A stretch of 63,867 nt of DNA, the filler included, from Pelomyxa schiedti (lineage: Eukaryota > Protista > Evosea), in NCBI GenBank assembly GCA_020536535.1. It is 6 parts of 6 records of this genome, joined end to end, with 100 filler letters (N's around TTAATTAATTAA, not from the genome) between each part and the next. Parts side by side here need not be neighbours in the genome. Positions count along the whole stretch, not along the records: positions 29,062 to 38,327 come from JAHLWZ010000446.1; positions 38,428 to 56,707 come from JAHLWZ010000162.1; 4 more parts are not named here. One strand, written 5' to 3'. Below are positions 35,261 to 47,627 of this stretch, in pieces (within the stretch, counting starts at the first letter, position 1; each line of letters begins with the position of its first letter). The translations under genes and the position numbers were made by a program. The notes beneath the pieces were generated by a model that did not search any database, was not told the origin of the DNA, and saw only the letters and a list, made by a program, of their open reading frames with translations.

Positions 35261-36546
35261 ATGGAACAAGTGGCATCAGTGGCAGCAGTGACGACGCGGA
35301 GCCAACTTGGAGCACTCGCGGCAGGGGCGACGATCAGTCGGTGCGGGGCCAACAGCGCCATGGTGGGAGCCATGGGCCACGGCCACGCGACCTCGTTGGT
35401 CCGCATGCTTTGGTCCGGCTGGGTCCGTCCCACAATCCGGTTCTTCGTGATCGACGCGAGGGGCTTCCCGAGTGGGGCCACGGTGTCCTTTGCCCTCTCC
35501 CCGTTGCTCCTCAGCGTCGCCCTCGCCCCCGCCTGCTTCGACGTGGCGTTAGGTTCCAGCTGGGTCGACAGCAACCGGTTCGCCTACGTTCGTTTTGGCG
35601 GCGATCCCTATCTGCCGGGTCTGTGGGTCGGGGATCTGCGCACTCTCCGCTGCGGAGAAGGCGGGGTCGCGGTGGCCCGTGGGCGCCCTGGCGAGGATTA
35701 TGTGTATCAAGCGAATTCCAAGTGGGCTGCCATGGTTTCATACACTTCATCAGGGAACCCTGGGCATGCGGCGTTGACTGTTGCTTCATTGAAATCTGTT
35801 GATGACCACACAGGCATGGAGTTCCTTCGGCACAGTGTTGTTGTGGAGATGCCATTTGTGGAGTCTTCTGTGCCAGTCCGCTTCCAACTGTACTTTGACA
35901 AGTCAGTCGACAGTGAGGTCATCGTGGTGCAGTGCAACAAAAGGTATTCCTCTGGGAACAGAGCAGATATATTCGTTGTGGACATGGAGCAGACCCACAG
36001 CACAAAGAGCCTGACAATTCTGAGCACCACAACGTGCATGTTCCCAGCGCACTACTTTGAATCTCTCGTTGTTCTGAGGAACTGGCTCCCTCGTTCCCCT
36101 GATTATGGTTCCCGTTCATTCTTCGTGAATGCTGCGGTGGCAGATGGTGTGTTTTATAGCCGCAACACGAAAATGTGCCGCAATGAGTTGTTCCACGTTG
36201 AGGAATCAACAGGAAAACTGACACACGTGGTCTCCCACATGGTCGATGTGTTCAGAGTGTGTGACTCTCTGGTCGGTGTCTCATTCCGCGCGAATAAAGA
36301 GCAGGAGTTGATCAAGTTCTATCACCGTGACGATCCAACAATCTTCCAGGGGGCATGCTGTTCAAATCACACAAAGGTAAAAAGGTGAGGAGATTCTCAG
36401 CAGATTCAGGATTCATCTTCTGTGCGTTTGGCAACTTGATTGATGTCATCGATCCAACAACGGGGATCCTCGTCCTCAGCATCACATTTCCTTGCTTCCT
36501 CTTCATCCACCACCTCACTCACTTCTCTTGCTTCTTCTCGAACTAA
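35261..36546 (+). CDS. Lineage-expanded beta-rich family member with a frameshift near 36350
   Basis: Family N-terminal motif TRSQLGALAAG..RCG..S...LWSGWV; the family C-terminus (GFIF...VIDPTTG) lies in the -1 frame after a G5 run. Confidence 0.65.
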
Positions 36547-36561
36547 AAAAAACTCACACAC

Positions 36562-37803
36562 ATGTCGGAGAGAGCCTTCTGGATGCCCGAGAGCGCACCG
36601 ATCGCACTGCGACGCGTTTTGGACGCGCGATCGCAATTCGTATCGTTGGCATGCGGGGCCCTAGTGTCGTCGAGTCCTGGCCCCCATGATGTCCTGTCTG
36701 CTGCCCTTCGTGCAACGCTTGCCAACGGAATTGGTCCCAGGTGGGTTGTCAGTTGCTCGCGCGAGATCGGCTTTTCAGTGCGCGGCAATGACTTCTTTCC
36801 GTGCGGGACGTGCAGCCTTGCTGTGTTCGTTGGTGTTTCACATACACTGGGTGTGGTGTGGCACAGGTGGCATGTGTTTGGCGGAACGGACTGGGAATCG
36901 CTGGAGCCGCCCGACGTGTCTTTTGCGTATGTCGGGTGCTACCTTGGGAACTCGAAGTGGATGAGTATTGTGCACGAAGGTGTGATTGAGACTCCCAGAG
37001 ACCTCCCTGTTTATGTGATGAATGCTGAAGGCAGGTTTGTTGGGAGAGTACCTGGATCAGAACAGTGGCAGTTTTTTACTGGCCACCATGTGAGCAATGG
37101 CAAGTGGTTGGTTTATTGTAACCAAACACAGCTCTGGGTGTGGAGGCTCAACAGTGGACTCCCAGTGGGTCAATGTGTGAAGCTGGAAATTGATCGTATC
37201 TGCAGACTACGAGTGAGGTTCCAGCCTTTTGGTGATGATGACCATGTTGTTGTTGTGACCTGGGACGTTGATTCTGAACTGCTCGTTGTAGATTTACAAA
37301 GAAGCTTTGGAAGTGGGAGTCTGACAATCACCAAGACTGTTGCCCTCCCCATTGGTAGAGCTTTAGATGTGCTGTGCCTGCCATGTGGTGAAAATATCAC
37401 ACTCCATGACACAGGCGGTGTGTTCACTGTGTACCACACGGGAACCAAGCAGCCAGTGGTATTGAAAGGTGGCATTGTGGAGTTTATTCAACCATCACAT
37501 GTGTGTGTTTCAAGAGGCCTGTGTGGGATGATTTATTCTGTCTCGGACATGGGGTCACTGCAGTTGCACCTGCAAATTTCGATGCACAGGTTACTGAAGG
37601 AACTTTCAGTATTTGGCCAAGAAGAGACGGGAGATACTTCAATTTCCTATCGTTTCCATGATGTTGTGACTGGCAAGGAGCTTTTCGTACTGACACGCAC
37701 CCTTCCAAACAGAAGCACAGGAAAGACACAACTGGAACAGCATTTCTGCATTTCTCGCCCTCCATCCCCCCCTTGGCCCACAAGCTCACCCTTGTGGGAC
37801 TGA
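36562..37803 (+). CDS. Lineage-expanded beta-rich family member, intronless
   Basis: 413-aa ORF; LDARSQFVSLACG...RWVV N-terminal motif; SNGKWLV, VVDL and HDVVTG motifs. Confidence 0.8.
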   Translation: MSERAFWMPESAPIALRRVLDARSQFVSLACGALVSSSPGPHDVLSAALRATLANGIGPRWVVSCSREIGFSVRGNDFFPCGTCSLAVFVGVSHTLGVVWHRWHVFGGTDWESLEPPDVSFAYVGCYLGNSKWMSIVHEGVIETPRDLPVYVMNAEGRFVGRVPGSEQWQFFTGHHVSNGKWLVYCNQTQLWVWRLNSGLPVGQCVKLEIDRICRLRVRFQPFGDDDHVVVVTWDVDSELLVVDLQRSFGSGSLTITKTVALPIGRALDVLCLPCGENITLHDTGGVFTVYHTGTKQPVVLKGGIVEFIQPSHVCVSRGLCGMIYSVSDMGSLQLHLQISMHRLLKELSVFGQEETGDTSISYRFHDVVTGKELFVLTRTLPNRSTGKTQLEQHFCISRPPSPPWPTSSPLWD

Positions 37804-38194
37804 ACTAAAGGAGCTACTTTGTAAGTAACTGCTACAAACCGTACATATCATAGCAACTAAAACCAACAATACCAAAACAAAAACCAGCTACGCAATCACC
37901 ACTGTACCCACCACAACAAACACATGTAAAGAATACACACCCCTTTTCATTTTATTGCCTCGTCTCCTGGGTGCACACATCGCCACCGACATCGTATCTC
38001 GACGCGGGATGAAGGAAGTAGTGCCATACAACCCCCAGTGTTGGTTACACAGCCATGAACCCAAGACAACAGTTGGGTAAATAAAAAAAACACCAGACCA
38101 TCGTTTCTTAAGTTTAGGTTTTGCTAATCACAACAGATTCGATTAGATCGGTGCACATCGAATTCAAAGAATAGACTTCCCCTAAAACGGTATA

Positions 38195-38327
38195 CAGCCA
38201 GCTGGAGTGTTGTCTTCCAGCCAACAACTCGTTTGACAGCCAGCACGTGGCGTGGGGGCTGACACAAGGGGTGGCAGCCAGCAGGTTGTGTGGCAGCCAG
38301 CAAATCGTTTGACAGCCAGCACTTGGC
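38195..38327. repeat. Cluster of short direct repeats (CAGCCAGC core) at scaffold end
   Basis: Five CAGCCAGC cores; TCGTTTGACAGCCAGCAC twice (38229, 38305); GTGGCAGCCAGCA twice. Confidence 0.7.
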
Positions 38328-38427
38328 NNNNNNNNNNNNNNNNNNNNNNNNNNNNNNNNNNNNNNNNNNNNTTAATTAATTAANNNNNNNNNNNNNNNNN
38401 NNNNNNNNNNNNNNNNNNNNNNNNNNN

Positions 38428-39490
38428 TGGAGGAAAATAACTGTGGAAGGTCAAGAGAAGCAAAAGTGGTGGTACCGGAGGGATAATGCATCACCAACAC
38501 AGCCTCGCCACGCCTCCGGAACAAAATGGCATCCAGATAGACCGCCGGCGGAGCTTCGTTGGTCAGCAGCTGGGCACACAGAGTACTAAACGGAACAGAA
38601 GCACACAGAACCACCGGGCGTTCCCAGTGTTCCCGGATGGTCTCCTGCAAGCAGCCTTCGTCCCCACCACCATGCCCATCCCCATCACCATCACCATCAT
38701 CACCCTGGCACCACCACCTAACCCTAACAACCCTGTCGCCATGCCACCCATTATCACACGACACCCACCACTCCCCGTCAGTAGCATTGCACAGCAGCTG
38801 GCTCTTATCCACCACCACCCCATCACCACCACCTCCCCCAGTATCTGCTGTGCCGCTGCTGCATGCGTACCTCCAGTGCCTCATGGCCCTCCCGCCCCAC
38901 CGGGCCTCCACGCCGGCCGTGTCCACCTTGACCAGGGACCCCAGGGGCATCTCTGGCCACTCCGACTCCTCCTCGCCAGGAGGCAGCGGGGTGCCGAGGC
39001 CAGACACGGCCACCGGCACCTGCGTGACGCCGCACGACATCTGGCAGGGGTGCCTGGCGGCCACCGCGACGACGAACCTGGCGCCGGTCTCGACCACCCA
39101 GCGGGACCACAGCCACTGGCGCATCAGCGCCGAGTCGCTGGCCGCGTGCCTCGCGGGGCTGCGGTGCCCGCACCGCGGGTGCGCCGAGACCAGCAGGGCC
39201 AGGACCTGGTGCCGCGCATCGAGGGGGTCGGCCGGCGGGGCGGCAGCAGCAGCGGCACCGGCGGGGCGCCTGGCAGGGTGGAGCATTTCTTTGGGCTGTT
39301 GTCTCGAGCAGCGGGGGCGCAGCGGGGGCGAGGACAGGGGCTGGGCCGGGGCCTTGGACGCTGGGAGGGGCTGGGAGGGACCATCTGGGTCGAGGAATGG
39401 TACCGGCGGGGTGTACGCTGGTTGTTGCCGGAATGTTGTCCGCCGCCTCTTTGGTTGTTGTTGTGTAGGTGGTTGCTGGCGCTCTATCAT
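38428..39490 (-). CDS. Haplotype B copy (3' partial) of the family gene at 42080-43896
   Basis: Near-identical to 42822-43896 with SNPs and in-frame indels. Confidence 0.8.
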
Positions 39491-39611
39491 TTTTACACCT
39501 TTTCTGTTGTTTAATGATGAGGTTCGGAGAAGAGGCTTTAAGTCGTTCAAAGGGAAAATTCTGGAGAGTGCAAGTGAAGGCGAAACGCTTTTTTTTGGTT
39601 GTTGTGTATTC

Positions 39612-39943
39612 CTAATGGACTTCAGCGGCGGCAACACCAACAGCAATTATAGGGAACCTGCCTGCTGGACCTGTATTGCGGGGTTGGCGATAAGAGACTA
39701 GAGTGGGAAGGGAGGTTAATACCAGTGGCATAAAGCTGGATTTCACCAAGCCTCATGACCCCGCTGGCAATGTTGGGTCGCATGCCGGCAAAGGCCTTGG
39801 CTTCAATCTTCTTGATGGTGGCAAGAGCTGGGCTGTGGCTCTCGAACAGCAAGGTTGTGCCCACCGGAATATCGTCGTTTTCTGGTTGGCAGAGAGCCGG
39901 TGAACCCTGCGGGAAATGGTGAGAACGCGGTGTCAAGTGGAAA
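39612..39943 (-). CDS. MARS: Methionyl-tRNA synthetase, haplotype B, 3' exons
   Basis: Near-identical to 44016-44346. Confidence 0.8.
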
Positions 39944-40043
39944 NNNNNNNNNNNNNNNNNNNNNNNNNNNNNNNNNNNNNNNNNNNNNNNNNNNNNNNNN
40001 NNNNNNNNNNNNNNNNNNNNNNNNNNNNNNNNNNNNNNNNNNN

Positions 40044-42051
40044 CCGAAATCAACAGTGTGGAAAACATTTCGGCTTCCTTTTTACATCCACCCAAGCTGG
40101 CAGGGATAACAGGGGGTCAGGAATCGTCGTCGTCACCCAAGGTACCACCGGTTGTTGTTGTTGTTGTTGTTGTTGTTGTTGCCTGTGTGTTGTCATTGTT
40201 ATTATTGTTGCAGTCTCACTCAGCCACATCACTTACACGCGGGACGCACACACACACAACACACACACAGGCAGGTTCGTCGTTCATTTACGCTGACTTG
40301 GGGACGTGTGATGCTCGGTGGCTGTGCTGTGTGTGCCACGCACCGGCGCACGTTCCACTGGTGCACGACTGCTGTGGGTCGTGGCTGTGCTCCGCGTGCT
40401 GCTGCTGCAGCAACAACATGGTGCGGATGTCTGTATTTTATGTAACTCTGTAGCTAGTACTAGTACAAAGCGGTAGAGCATACAATACTCAATTTATTAT
40501 ATAAATTGGGATAAATACTTTGTATTGTTGGCTTTAAGTTGTTTCATCCATCAACAAACAACAACAGGTTGTGACATGTCCAGTGTGTGAGGAGAGGATA
40601 GATACTGCGAAGCTGAAACCTGTGACAGCGAAGCCTATTCTTCTGAAACTCGCTGCGATTCAGGTTCGGTGCCCAACGTGCAACCAAGCCACTGACAGGG
40701 ATTCTCTTGGCCTTCACGTTTCACAGTGCCCATCAGGTTGGTTGTATCCTGCTTTTTTTTTTTTTTAATGTTTTTACTCCGGCTGTTCAGATTGCCCAAA
40801 CAAATGTGGAGAAAAGGTTTCACCGTGCAAACAAGAGGAACATGAAAGAACAGAGTGCATGGCCATGTGCCAAGTTTGTGATGCATGTCAGCAGTCTGTT
40901 CAAAGGAGATTTTTGAGGGATCATTCACACAAGAAGTTTGATTGCCCAATAGGTGTGAGGTTCATCTTACTCTCAATAATAAGCGAGTGTTTTACAGTAC
41001 CCTTCAGATTGCCCCAATGGGTGCGGCGAGAAAATCAAACCAAAACAACTTGAGGAACACACATCATCCAGCTGTGGAAAAAGCGTTGTCAAATGCACAG
41101 CCGGCCGCTTTTGCACGTGGTCAGGCCTCAGATACGATCTGAACGAGCACGTTCAATCATGTGCAATTGTTAAACTGAGTCCTTTTCTCACCTCTATGCT
41201 CGAAGAACACAAAACAATGCTCGAGGTGATTGCCACACACGAAGGTTGATATAAGTACCATAGATTTCCTTTTTACGAAACACTCAACAGCACATCTGAA
41301 GGCTGCAAAAGAGCAACTGGCACTCACAAACTCAAAGTATTTGTCACTTCAAGAGCAAGTGGATTCTTTAAAAAGTATTTCCGGCACAAAGTATATTCTT
41401 CTGCTCACCTTTCTAATATTCAGGTCAATTGTACGCGGTGCAGAAAATAGCCTCTGTGTTGCCTGTTAGACCAGGTTTCTTTGCCTCTATTCTTGCATAC
41501 CCGCTTATTCCACTTCAGAAGGCTTTCATTCCGCCCGGCTCATCGGCAAAGGTGTCAGAATTGACGGCTTCACAATCAGTGCCGCAAGCTCCGCCTGCGA
41601 CGCATTCCGTTACGCACTGGCAGACACATCAGTGTGCAGTGGTGTGCACTACTGGGAAGTCACAAAGCTAGCAGCCACTGACTGCTACTCCACCGTCGGC
41701 GTTGTGGATGGAATAACAATCCCGGACCAGACGAGAATCGGGACAACAGGCAACAGCTGGGGAATCAGAATAGAGCACAACCATCGTGGGTTCCCACAAT
41801 TCACAGGAGCATGGAACGCGGACGCGATGAAGGATTTTCCGGATAACTGGCCATACAACTGTGTGATTGGGCTGCTTCTTGATGCCGATTCAGGGAGACT
41901 GACAGTTTACAAGGACGGAGTGATGGTTGGTGTGCCGTTCATCAACGTGAGGGGGTCCCACCTCACTCCCGCCTTCGCAGTGTGCCACAGCAGCCCATCA
42001 CTCAGGGTCAATTTCACTGCAACCAGACCACAAGAACAAAACAGCATCTGA
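40044..42051 (+). CDS. RING + TRAF-type zinc fingers + coiled coil + SPRY E3 ligase (5' partial)
   Basis: RING CCVC..H.CCG...C..C...CPVC; TRAF fingers CPNKCGEKV...H...C and CPNGCGEKI...H...C; SPRY SGVHYWEV...VGVV...NSWG...VIGLLLDADSGRLTVYKDG. Confidence 0.85.
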
Positions 42052-42079
42052 AAATAAATAAATTCCGGCTTCAAAAAAT

Positions 42080-43896
42080 TTATTCAGAACAACAACGGAA
42101 CACATTAGCACCAAGGAAATACCTCTGTGAGAGTTGGACGTGGTTGTTGTTGTTTGTGGTTGTTGATGATGATTCGGGTTTGATTCTTGTGATGAGCTTC
42201 CCTGATGTCGGGTCACTGACACTCACTTCCATTGTGACTGTGTTCACTGTGAACATGAACCCACCACAACCAAGAATCACTGCTGTACATCCACCGCAGC
42301 TCGCAACGGTCCTCAGCGGCGATGTCAGGTTGTTGCAGTCCCATATCTCCGCTGTTGTCCACAGAGTCAGAACACAGAACAGAGACTCACTCAGTTTGGA
42401 GCACGATTGCCCTGTGGTGATTCGGCGCACAGTTTCTCCGGTAGGGATGTCAATTTGGTATACGTCGGCATCACCGGCACCAACATAGTCCCGCCCTTGG
42501 AATACTAGTATCTCATCGCCGGAGTTGTTCTTCATGAAGTGTGATGAATAGTAGAAAAGGTTAACCTTGGTGATTGCTGTCATCCTGGTTTCCGCGGCGG
42601 TGGAGGAAAATAACTGTGGAAGGTCAAGAGAAGCAAAAGTGGTGGTACCGGAGGGATAATGCATCACCAACACAGCCTCGCCACGCCTCCGGAACAAAAT
42701 GGCATCCAGATAGACCGCCGGNNNNNNNNNNNNNNNNNNNNNNNNNNNNNNNNNNNNNNNNNNNNNNNNNNNNNNNNNNNNNNNNNNNNNNNNNNNNNNN
42801 NNNNNNNNNNNNNNNNNNNNNTGGAGGAAAATAACTGTGGAAGGTCAAGAGAAGCAAAAGTGGTGGTACCGGAGGGATAATGCATCACCAACACAGCCTC
42901 GCCACGCCTCCGGAACAAAATGGCATCCAGATAGACCGCCGGTGGAGCTTCGTTGGCCAGCAGCTGGGCACACAGAGTACTAAACGGAACAGAAGCACAC
43001 AGAACCACCGGGCGTTCCCAGTGTTCCCGTATGGCCTCCTGCAAGCAGCCTTCGTCCCCACCACCATGCCCATCCCCATCCCCATCCCCATCATCACCCT
43101 GGCACCACCACGTAACCCTAACAACCCTGTCGCCATGCCACCCATTATCACACGACACCCACCACTCCCCGTCAGTAGCATTGCACAGCAGCTGGCTCTT
43201 ATCCACCACCCCATCACCACCACCACCTCCCCCAGTATCTGCTGTGCCGCTGCTGCAGCATGCGTGCCTCCAGTGCCTCATGGCCCTCCCGCCCCACCGC
43301 GCCTCCACGCCGGCCGTGTCCACCTTGACCAGGGACCCCAGGGGCATCTCTGGCCACTCCGACTCCTCCTCCTCCTCGCCAGGAGGCAGCGGGGTGCCGA
43401 GGCCAGACACGGCCACCGGCACCTGCGTGACGCCGCACGACATCTGGCAGGGGTGCCTGGCCGCCACCGCGACGACGAACCTGGCGCCGGTCTCGACCAC
43501 CCAGCGGGACCACAGCCACTGGCGCATCAGCGCCGAGTCGCTGGCCGCGTGCCTCGCGGGGCTGCGGTGCCCGCACCGCGGGTGCGCCGAGACCAGCAGG
43601 GCCAGGACCTGGTGCCGCGCATCGAGGGGGTCGGCCGGCGGGGCGGCAGCAGCACCGGCACCGGCGGGGCGCCTGGCGGGGTGGAGCATTTCTTTGGGCT
43701 GTTGCCTCGAGCAGCGGGGGCGCAGCGGGGGCGAGGACAGGGGCTGGGCCGGCCCCTTTGACGCTGGGAGGGGCTGGGAGGGACCATCTGGGTCGAGGAA
43801 TGGTACCGGCGGGGTGTACGCTGGTTGTTGCCGGAATGTTGTCCGCCGCCTCTTTGGTTGTTGTTGTTGTGTAGGTGGTTGCTGGCGCTCTATCAT
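42080..43896 (-). CDS. Lineage-expanded family member (LDARHQVLALLVSAHPRCG motif), haplotype A
   Basis: Continuous ORF once the 121-bp gap overlap is removed; C-terminus GGFMF...VSDPTSG. Confidence 0.8.
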
Positions 43897-44015
43897 TTTT
43901 ACACCTTGTATTTATTTAATGATGATGTTCGGAGAAGAGGCTTTAAGTCGTTCAAAGGGAAAATTCTGGAGGGTGCAAGTGAAGGAGAAACGCTTTTTTT
44001 TGTTGTTGTGTATTC

Positions 44016-47000
44016 CTAATGGACTTCAGCGGCGGCAACACCAACAGCAATTATAGGGAACCTGCCTGCTGGACCTGTATTGCGGGGTTGGTGATAGGAG
44101 ACTAGAGTGGGAAGGGAGGTAATACCGGTGGCAAAAAGCTGGATTTCACCAAGCCTCATGACCCCGCTGGCAATGTTGGGTCGCATGCCGGCAAAGGCCT
44201 TGGCTTCAATCTTCTTGATGGTGGGAAGAGCTGGGCTGTGGCTCTCGAACAGCAAGGTTGTGCCCACCGGAATATCGTCGTTTTCTGGTTGGCAGAGAGC
44301 CGGTGAACCCTGCGGGAAATGGTGAGAACGCGGTGTCAAGTGGAAATGCTGAGGAAATTACGGTTGTCGGTGTGGCAACAAGAACCATGGCTTCACTGAC
44401 AACCCCGCGAATCTTTCCTGGCTTCAGATTGCAAACAAATACAGCCTTCCTGTTGAGCTGAGTGGTTGTTTCGGGAATCCATTAGAAAAAGGTAACTTGG
44501 GGAAAAAAGGAATGCACCAGTTGTTCTGGGGTGAATGACGCCTTCAACCCTGCAACTACTTTGCGTGGTGGCTTTCCGGCTGAGAGACCGTTGGTTAAAC
44601 TCGTCTTAAGAGCACGGCTAACACACACATTCTATGGCAACGTCCATAACATAGAGGTGTTCGGCTGAAGGGTGTGCATTCACACTCAAAATGCACCCAA
44701 CACGCAAGTCAACGGGCATAGGGGTTCCCGTTGGATTCTTGTTAGGAGAAAATTGCTTCTGCCAAGCGGACAATTGTACTTGGAGTAGTTCCGCAAATAT
44801 CGGCTGTACAGTGCTTAGTACAAAGTACATTTGTTTTCACAACGAGGGTGTACCTCTGGTTTGTTGACTTTGTGCCCTGGTTTCAATGAAAATTCAAAGG
44901 TTTTCGGAAGTGTCGTCAATGGGGCTACATTGAGATATTGTTCGACCTGCACTCCGTTAAAAAACCCCAAGGAGCGTGCCATCTTCACCTTTTTCGCAAA
45001 GCCGGGCATGAAGGGTTTTGCCAGCTGAGCTAGGAGGTAAACAAGATTGCTGGCTATGTATTGCACTGTTCCACACAATGCAATATCCTGAGAGTCGTCT
45101 TAGAAAGACCTGCTATTAAGGAGAAAAACATACTGTTTTGACCAGCACCCAAGGTTGGTCTGCGGGATATATTTTTAGATTCGGTTTATGAAGGACTTCA
45201 GGTTACACACTTTCTTGTATGTACTGATTTCCACATTTAGATATTTGCATAACAACTTTAAGAGCGTCTTTAAGTTTTATCTAAGGTGTCAAGCATCAAG
45301 GGTAACCCTCAGTACTGAAGAACCGCAGGGATTTGATGATACCTTTTCAAACAAACTGAAGTATTGGGCGAGATTTTCATTGACCTTGGCAATAAGGTCT
45401 CTCTCTTGAGGTCTAAGATCAGTGGGAGATGGTAGCTGTCGCATGTCACAAAACGGAACATGAAGATGCGCGGCACATACAGAGGAGTCAAAAAATTTGG
45501 CTACAAAGCTGAGGGCTCGATGAGTAAAGTTTCCGATGTTCGCCAGCAACTCGTTGTTACACTTTTCTCCCAAGTCTTCCCAGGTAAAGTTGCTGTCAGA
45601 CGATTCCGGTCGGTTCATAATAAGAAGGTATCTTGGAGGAAGTGACTAATTTCCACAACTGTGGAATGCAAAAAACCTCCAAACTTCAGAGGGTATTCCC
45701 GTTCTCATAGCGTCATCTCCAAACACTCCAATACCTCTACTTTTACTGAACTTATCATCTAAAAAAGGGTAAATACCAAATGTAGGGGTGGGACTGTATA
45801 CCCTCGTAGTTCAGGTACTCTTAACAAAAGGGCAGAAGTGAGCACAAAGCAAAAAAAAGTGAAGTCTTTTTACCGGTAGTATTGATGTACTTCATAAGAG
45901 TCCATGGATCACGTGTACCAATGAGAGTGGCAGGGAAAATGACGGTATGAAACCTGAGCTGGGGTTATTATTGAACGCTTCCAGATAACGGATGTAAACA
46001 CACGGTATGTTATCCTTCCCCATAAATTGGACCAATTCCACCTTGAGTACCATCAGTTCATGTTCATTATATTACAAATGGGGAAGGTAAAGTACGTTGT
46101 CTGGGTTTTTCCACCATGCCTCCCAGTCATTTGTGAAATTTGCTGCAATGCTTATGTACCCAATCGGGGCATCAAACCACACATAAAACACCTTTGGACA
46201 ATTATCGAGCATTCTTAAATTGTTTGAACTTACTTTATCCCGGAAGCCATCCAGAGGAACTGGGGTACCCCATTTGAGGTCACGTGTTATGCACCTGGTG
46301 CGAGGTAAAAACAAGCGAATAAAAAAGAAAGTCTTTTCGTCAAACCTTGGCCTCAACTCTTTTGCCCATGCCCTTGCAACTTGAAGACTATTCAAGCTCC
46401 ATCTGTTTTCAGCTGCAGCGTGCTCAATGTACTCTGACAAAGGACCAGCTAACTACGTGAAGGGGGTCTTGTGTCAGAGAAAATATGAAGATGCAATTTC
46501 AACCTTTGGAAGGTCCAAGAAAAGGTGATTGGAAGACTTGATAATGGGCGAAGATCCACAGACTTTACACTTAGGGCTCTGAGAGGATGCGTATCAATTC
46601 AATAGAACAATTTTTCTAAATAACCTTCAACTCGGTGGCTGCATTGATCAGGTGCTGACAAGCGTCACATTGGTCTCCCCTCGCTCCAGGAGCGTTACAG
46701 TTGGGACAAATGCCTTCAACAAATCTGTCTGCCAAGAACAGAGCGCACTTCTCACAAAATAATTGCTGCACTGACTCAGGGAAGATGTACCTTCAAAATA
46801 TTTAGCTCCAGATATTTGAGGTGTTCTTGGTACCCATTTGCATGCAATTTCAAGAAAATATCCTGGGTGATTTTCGTCTGATTTGGTGTTGAGGTCCTCC
46901 CAAACTGTTTTGGGTTATAAAAACCAAATAATAGCAGTGTTTAACTTACCTTATCAAAAGCTATGTCGAACCACTTGTATATTTCCGCGTGGAGTTTGTA

Positions 47001-47627
47001 AAACTTCTGACAGATCTCTTGTGGGGTGCAGTGTTCCATGAGGGCTCTGGCTTCTGTTGTGGTTCCGTACTAATACGCAACAGATTAGTGATAGAGAGGA
47101 GGAGATGGATTTACCTCATCAGTTCCACAAACAAAGAGTGTGTTGTATCCGCACATCTTACAGTATCTAATTGGCGCGATTATACTATTTGAAAAAGCAA
47201 ACCACAAACTCTTACCTTGAATATACATCAGCACTGAGCACGCAGCCAATCAGGTTCCTGTTCGGTTTTTTTTGAGTTACTGGGCCAGTATCCACATTAA
47301 TAATGCTTACCCCAAGTGCGGGACATTGTTCACATAAGGCAGAGCGCTAGTAATGAGTATATTGCGTTCGCCGGTAACGGGTGCGTGCGGCTCTGGGGGC
47401 ACCCTTTCGCTCCACTTCTCTCCCACAATTGTTGTACTACAGTCGTCGCTTGCTGCACTACTAGTAGAAGTCGACGTTGACGTGGTGGCGGTGGTCGCCG
47501 CGGCCGCCGACGTCGACGATACCACGACCGAAGTCGGTTCCGCGGCGGCCGCTGGTGTCGCCACCGCCGCAGGGGAGGATGTTTCGGGTTTGTTAACTGC
47601 TACTGCTGTTGTCTCGGTTGTAGACAT
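44016..47627 (-). CDS. MARS: Methionyl-tRNA synthetase with C-terminal EMAPII-like tRNA-binding domain, haplotype A
   Basis: [16 protein letters not shown] (HIGH motif), zinc knuckles, [22 protein letters not shown] (KMSKS motif), RPE..DS.F.W, DLRVG...NLKP...SEAMVL. Confidence 0.95.

Noticed and set aside
38195-38327. CRISPR-like array
   Set aside because: Repeats are too short and irregular, there are no cas genes, and the context is eukaryotic.
42601-42942. Direct repeat inside the family gene
   Set aside because: 121-bp overlap flanking a gap; assembly artefact.
38486-44056. Long overlapping antisense ORFs (e.g. 38559-39701, 42953-44056)
   Set aside because: Expected in GC-rich coding DNA; no independent motifs.
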